Origin: a virus
Taxonomy: Duplodnaviria; Caudoviricetes
Direction: 5' to 3' (one strand)
Length of the DNA stretch: 35,386 nucleotides
IMG/VR virus record: IMGVR_UViG_3300048858_000147
Location: 1 to 35,386 of that record
In this document: piece after piece, positions 34,512 to 35,386 of the stretch
Numbering within the stretch: position 1 is the stretch's first letter
Layout of the letters: the number at the start of each line of letters is the position of its first letter
Translations under genes and position numbers: made by a program
The notes under the pieces: model-generated
Seen by the model: only the letters and a program-made list of their open reading frames with translations
Databases searched by the model: none
What the model was told of the DNA's origin: nothing

Positions 34512-35386
34512 CAGCGTGCCCTCTTCACTTCGTCCCAGCCGCCGCTAGATTTGACCGGCTTGTTGTTGACCTTGGGCGCCTTGCTGTCGGCTGGACGGAC
34601 ATCGCCCCACTCGCCGCTGCCGTCGCCCCCTGCTGCCCTCTTCTTAGCTGCGTCCTTCTTGGCATTCACCTTCGCCGGGTTGTTCACATAGCCATCTGGC
34701 GGACCTACCTGAAGCACGCAGACCATTCCTTGCTCGTTGAGCCTGTAGGTCACCTGGGCTATGACGAACTGGTCGTCAAAGCCGATTACCGGACCTGTCA
34801 CGCGGACAAGTTCGTTGTGCCGCCAGAGGGATCCGTCCGCCTGCCGCCAGCCCTGCACCGTATAGGTCGTGGCGATGGCCTTTGCCCTGCGGCTGGCACG
34901 TTCGTACTTCACCCGGTCCGCCGCCGATCCTCCGTCCGTCTGCCCGCTCGCCTTGATAAGCATCACGCGGCGGCGGCGAACGGTCGTATCGGAGAGCGAC
35001 GCGCTTTCTTCCGCAACTGCGGCGCCGAAGTCCTCATCATTCCCGGCGCGCTGTCCCTTGCAGATGTATTCGCTGAAGACTTCCTTGTAGTCCAGTGCCG
35101 CGTCGGCGCCCAAGATGTTTTCGCCGTAGCGCAAGGCCGTCCCAGCCGTTCCTGCTGAGCCACCATGGATGAACACCAGGCGCCCTTCAGCGTCATCCGT
35201 CGCGAGCAACTGGCGCAGGCGCAGCAGGCGGTCGATGGACTCGAATACCGTCTCCCCCTACTCGATGACGTGGGATAGCGGCTTGCCGGGCTCTACCTCG
35301 CTCGTGACCTGGATGCCGTAGGTAGATGCCAGGTCACGGGCAATCCGCTCCACCGTCGCACCGCTCCAGCTTCCCGGCTTGTAGAG
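34511..35386 (-). pseudogene. Mu gp44/GpP-like baseplate hub, partial at window edge, in-frame TAG
   Basis: GETVFESIDRL, DD.EG.LV, L.YGENIL, FSEY..KGQ, YTVQGWRQ.DG.LW..N motifs; TAG at 35258-35260 in frame. Confidence 0.85.

Larger units (their letters stand above)
24104..35386. mobile_element. Element C: distal end of a decaying Mu/SfV-tailed prophage with cargo
   Basis: Tail, lysis and cargo genes ending at a tRNA-derived att core; extends beyond the window. Confidence 0.8.

Overview
High-GC, probably betaproteobacterial (Burkholderiaceae-like; inferred from gene families, not proven) window made of three abutting phage-derived elements. Element A (~1-19.8 kb) is apparently intact but headless. 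It has a two-HTH CI-type repressor, a divergent DUF1376 initiator + DnaB helicase + putative Q-type late regulator, then a late promoter followed directly by a complete contractile tail (terminator, sheath, tube, frameshifting chaperone, tape measure, baseplate, fibre) and an endolysin-holin-Rz/Rz1 cassette. I see no capsid, portal, terminase, Cro or integrase in it, so it reads as an R-type tailocin that kept its own replication module. Element B (~20.4-24.05 kb) is a collapsed prophage: integrase pseudogene joined to a pseudogene of the same late regulator, a paralogous late promoter, and one intact orphan tailspike. A 3' fragment of tRNA-Pro(GGG) at 24057-24103 marks an att junction. Element C (24.1 kb to the end) is a decaying Mu/SfV-type tail and lysis module with stops, frameshifts and a deletion, but mostly intact cargo: an O-acyltransferase, hicAB coupled to a trypsin-like protease, and a secreted pair resembling an AB5-type B subunit plus an Ig-like partner. 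Three near-consensus LexA boxes are present. All family assignments are from motif recognition by eye; no searches were run.
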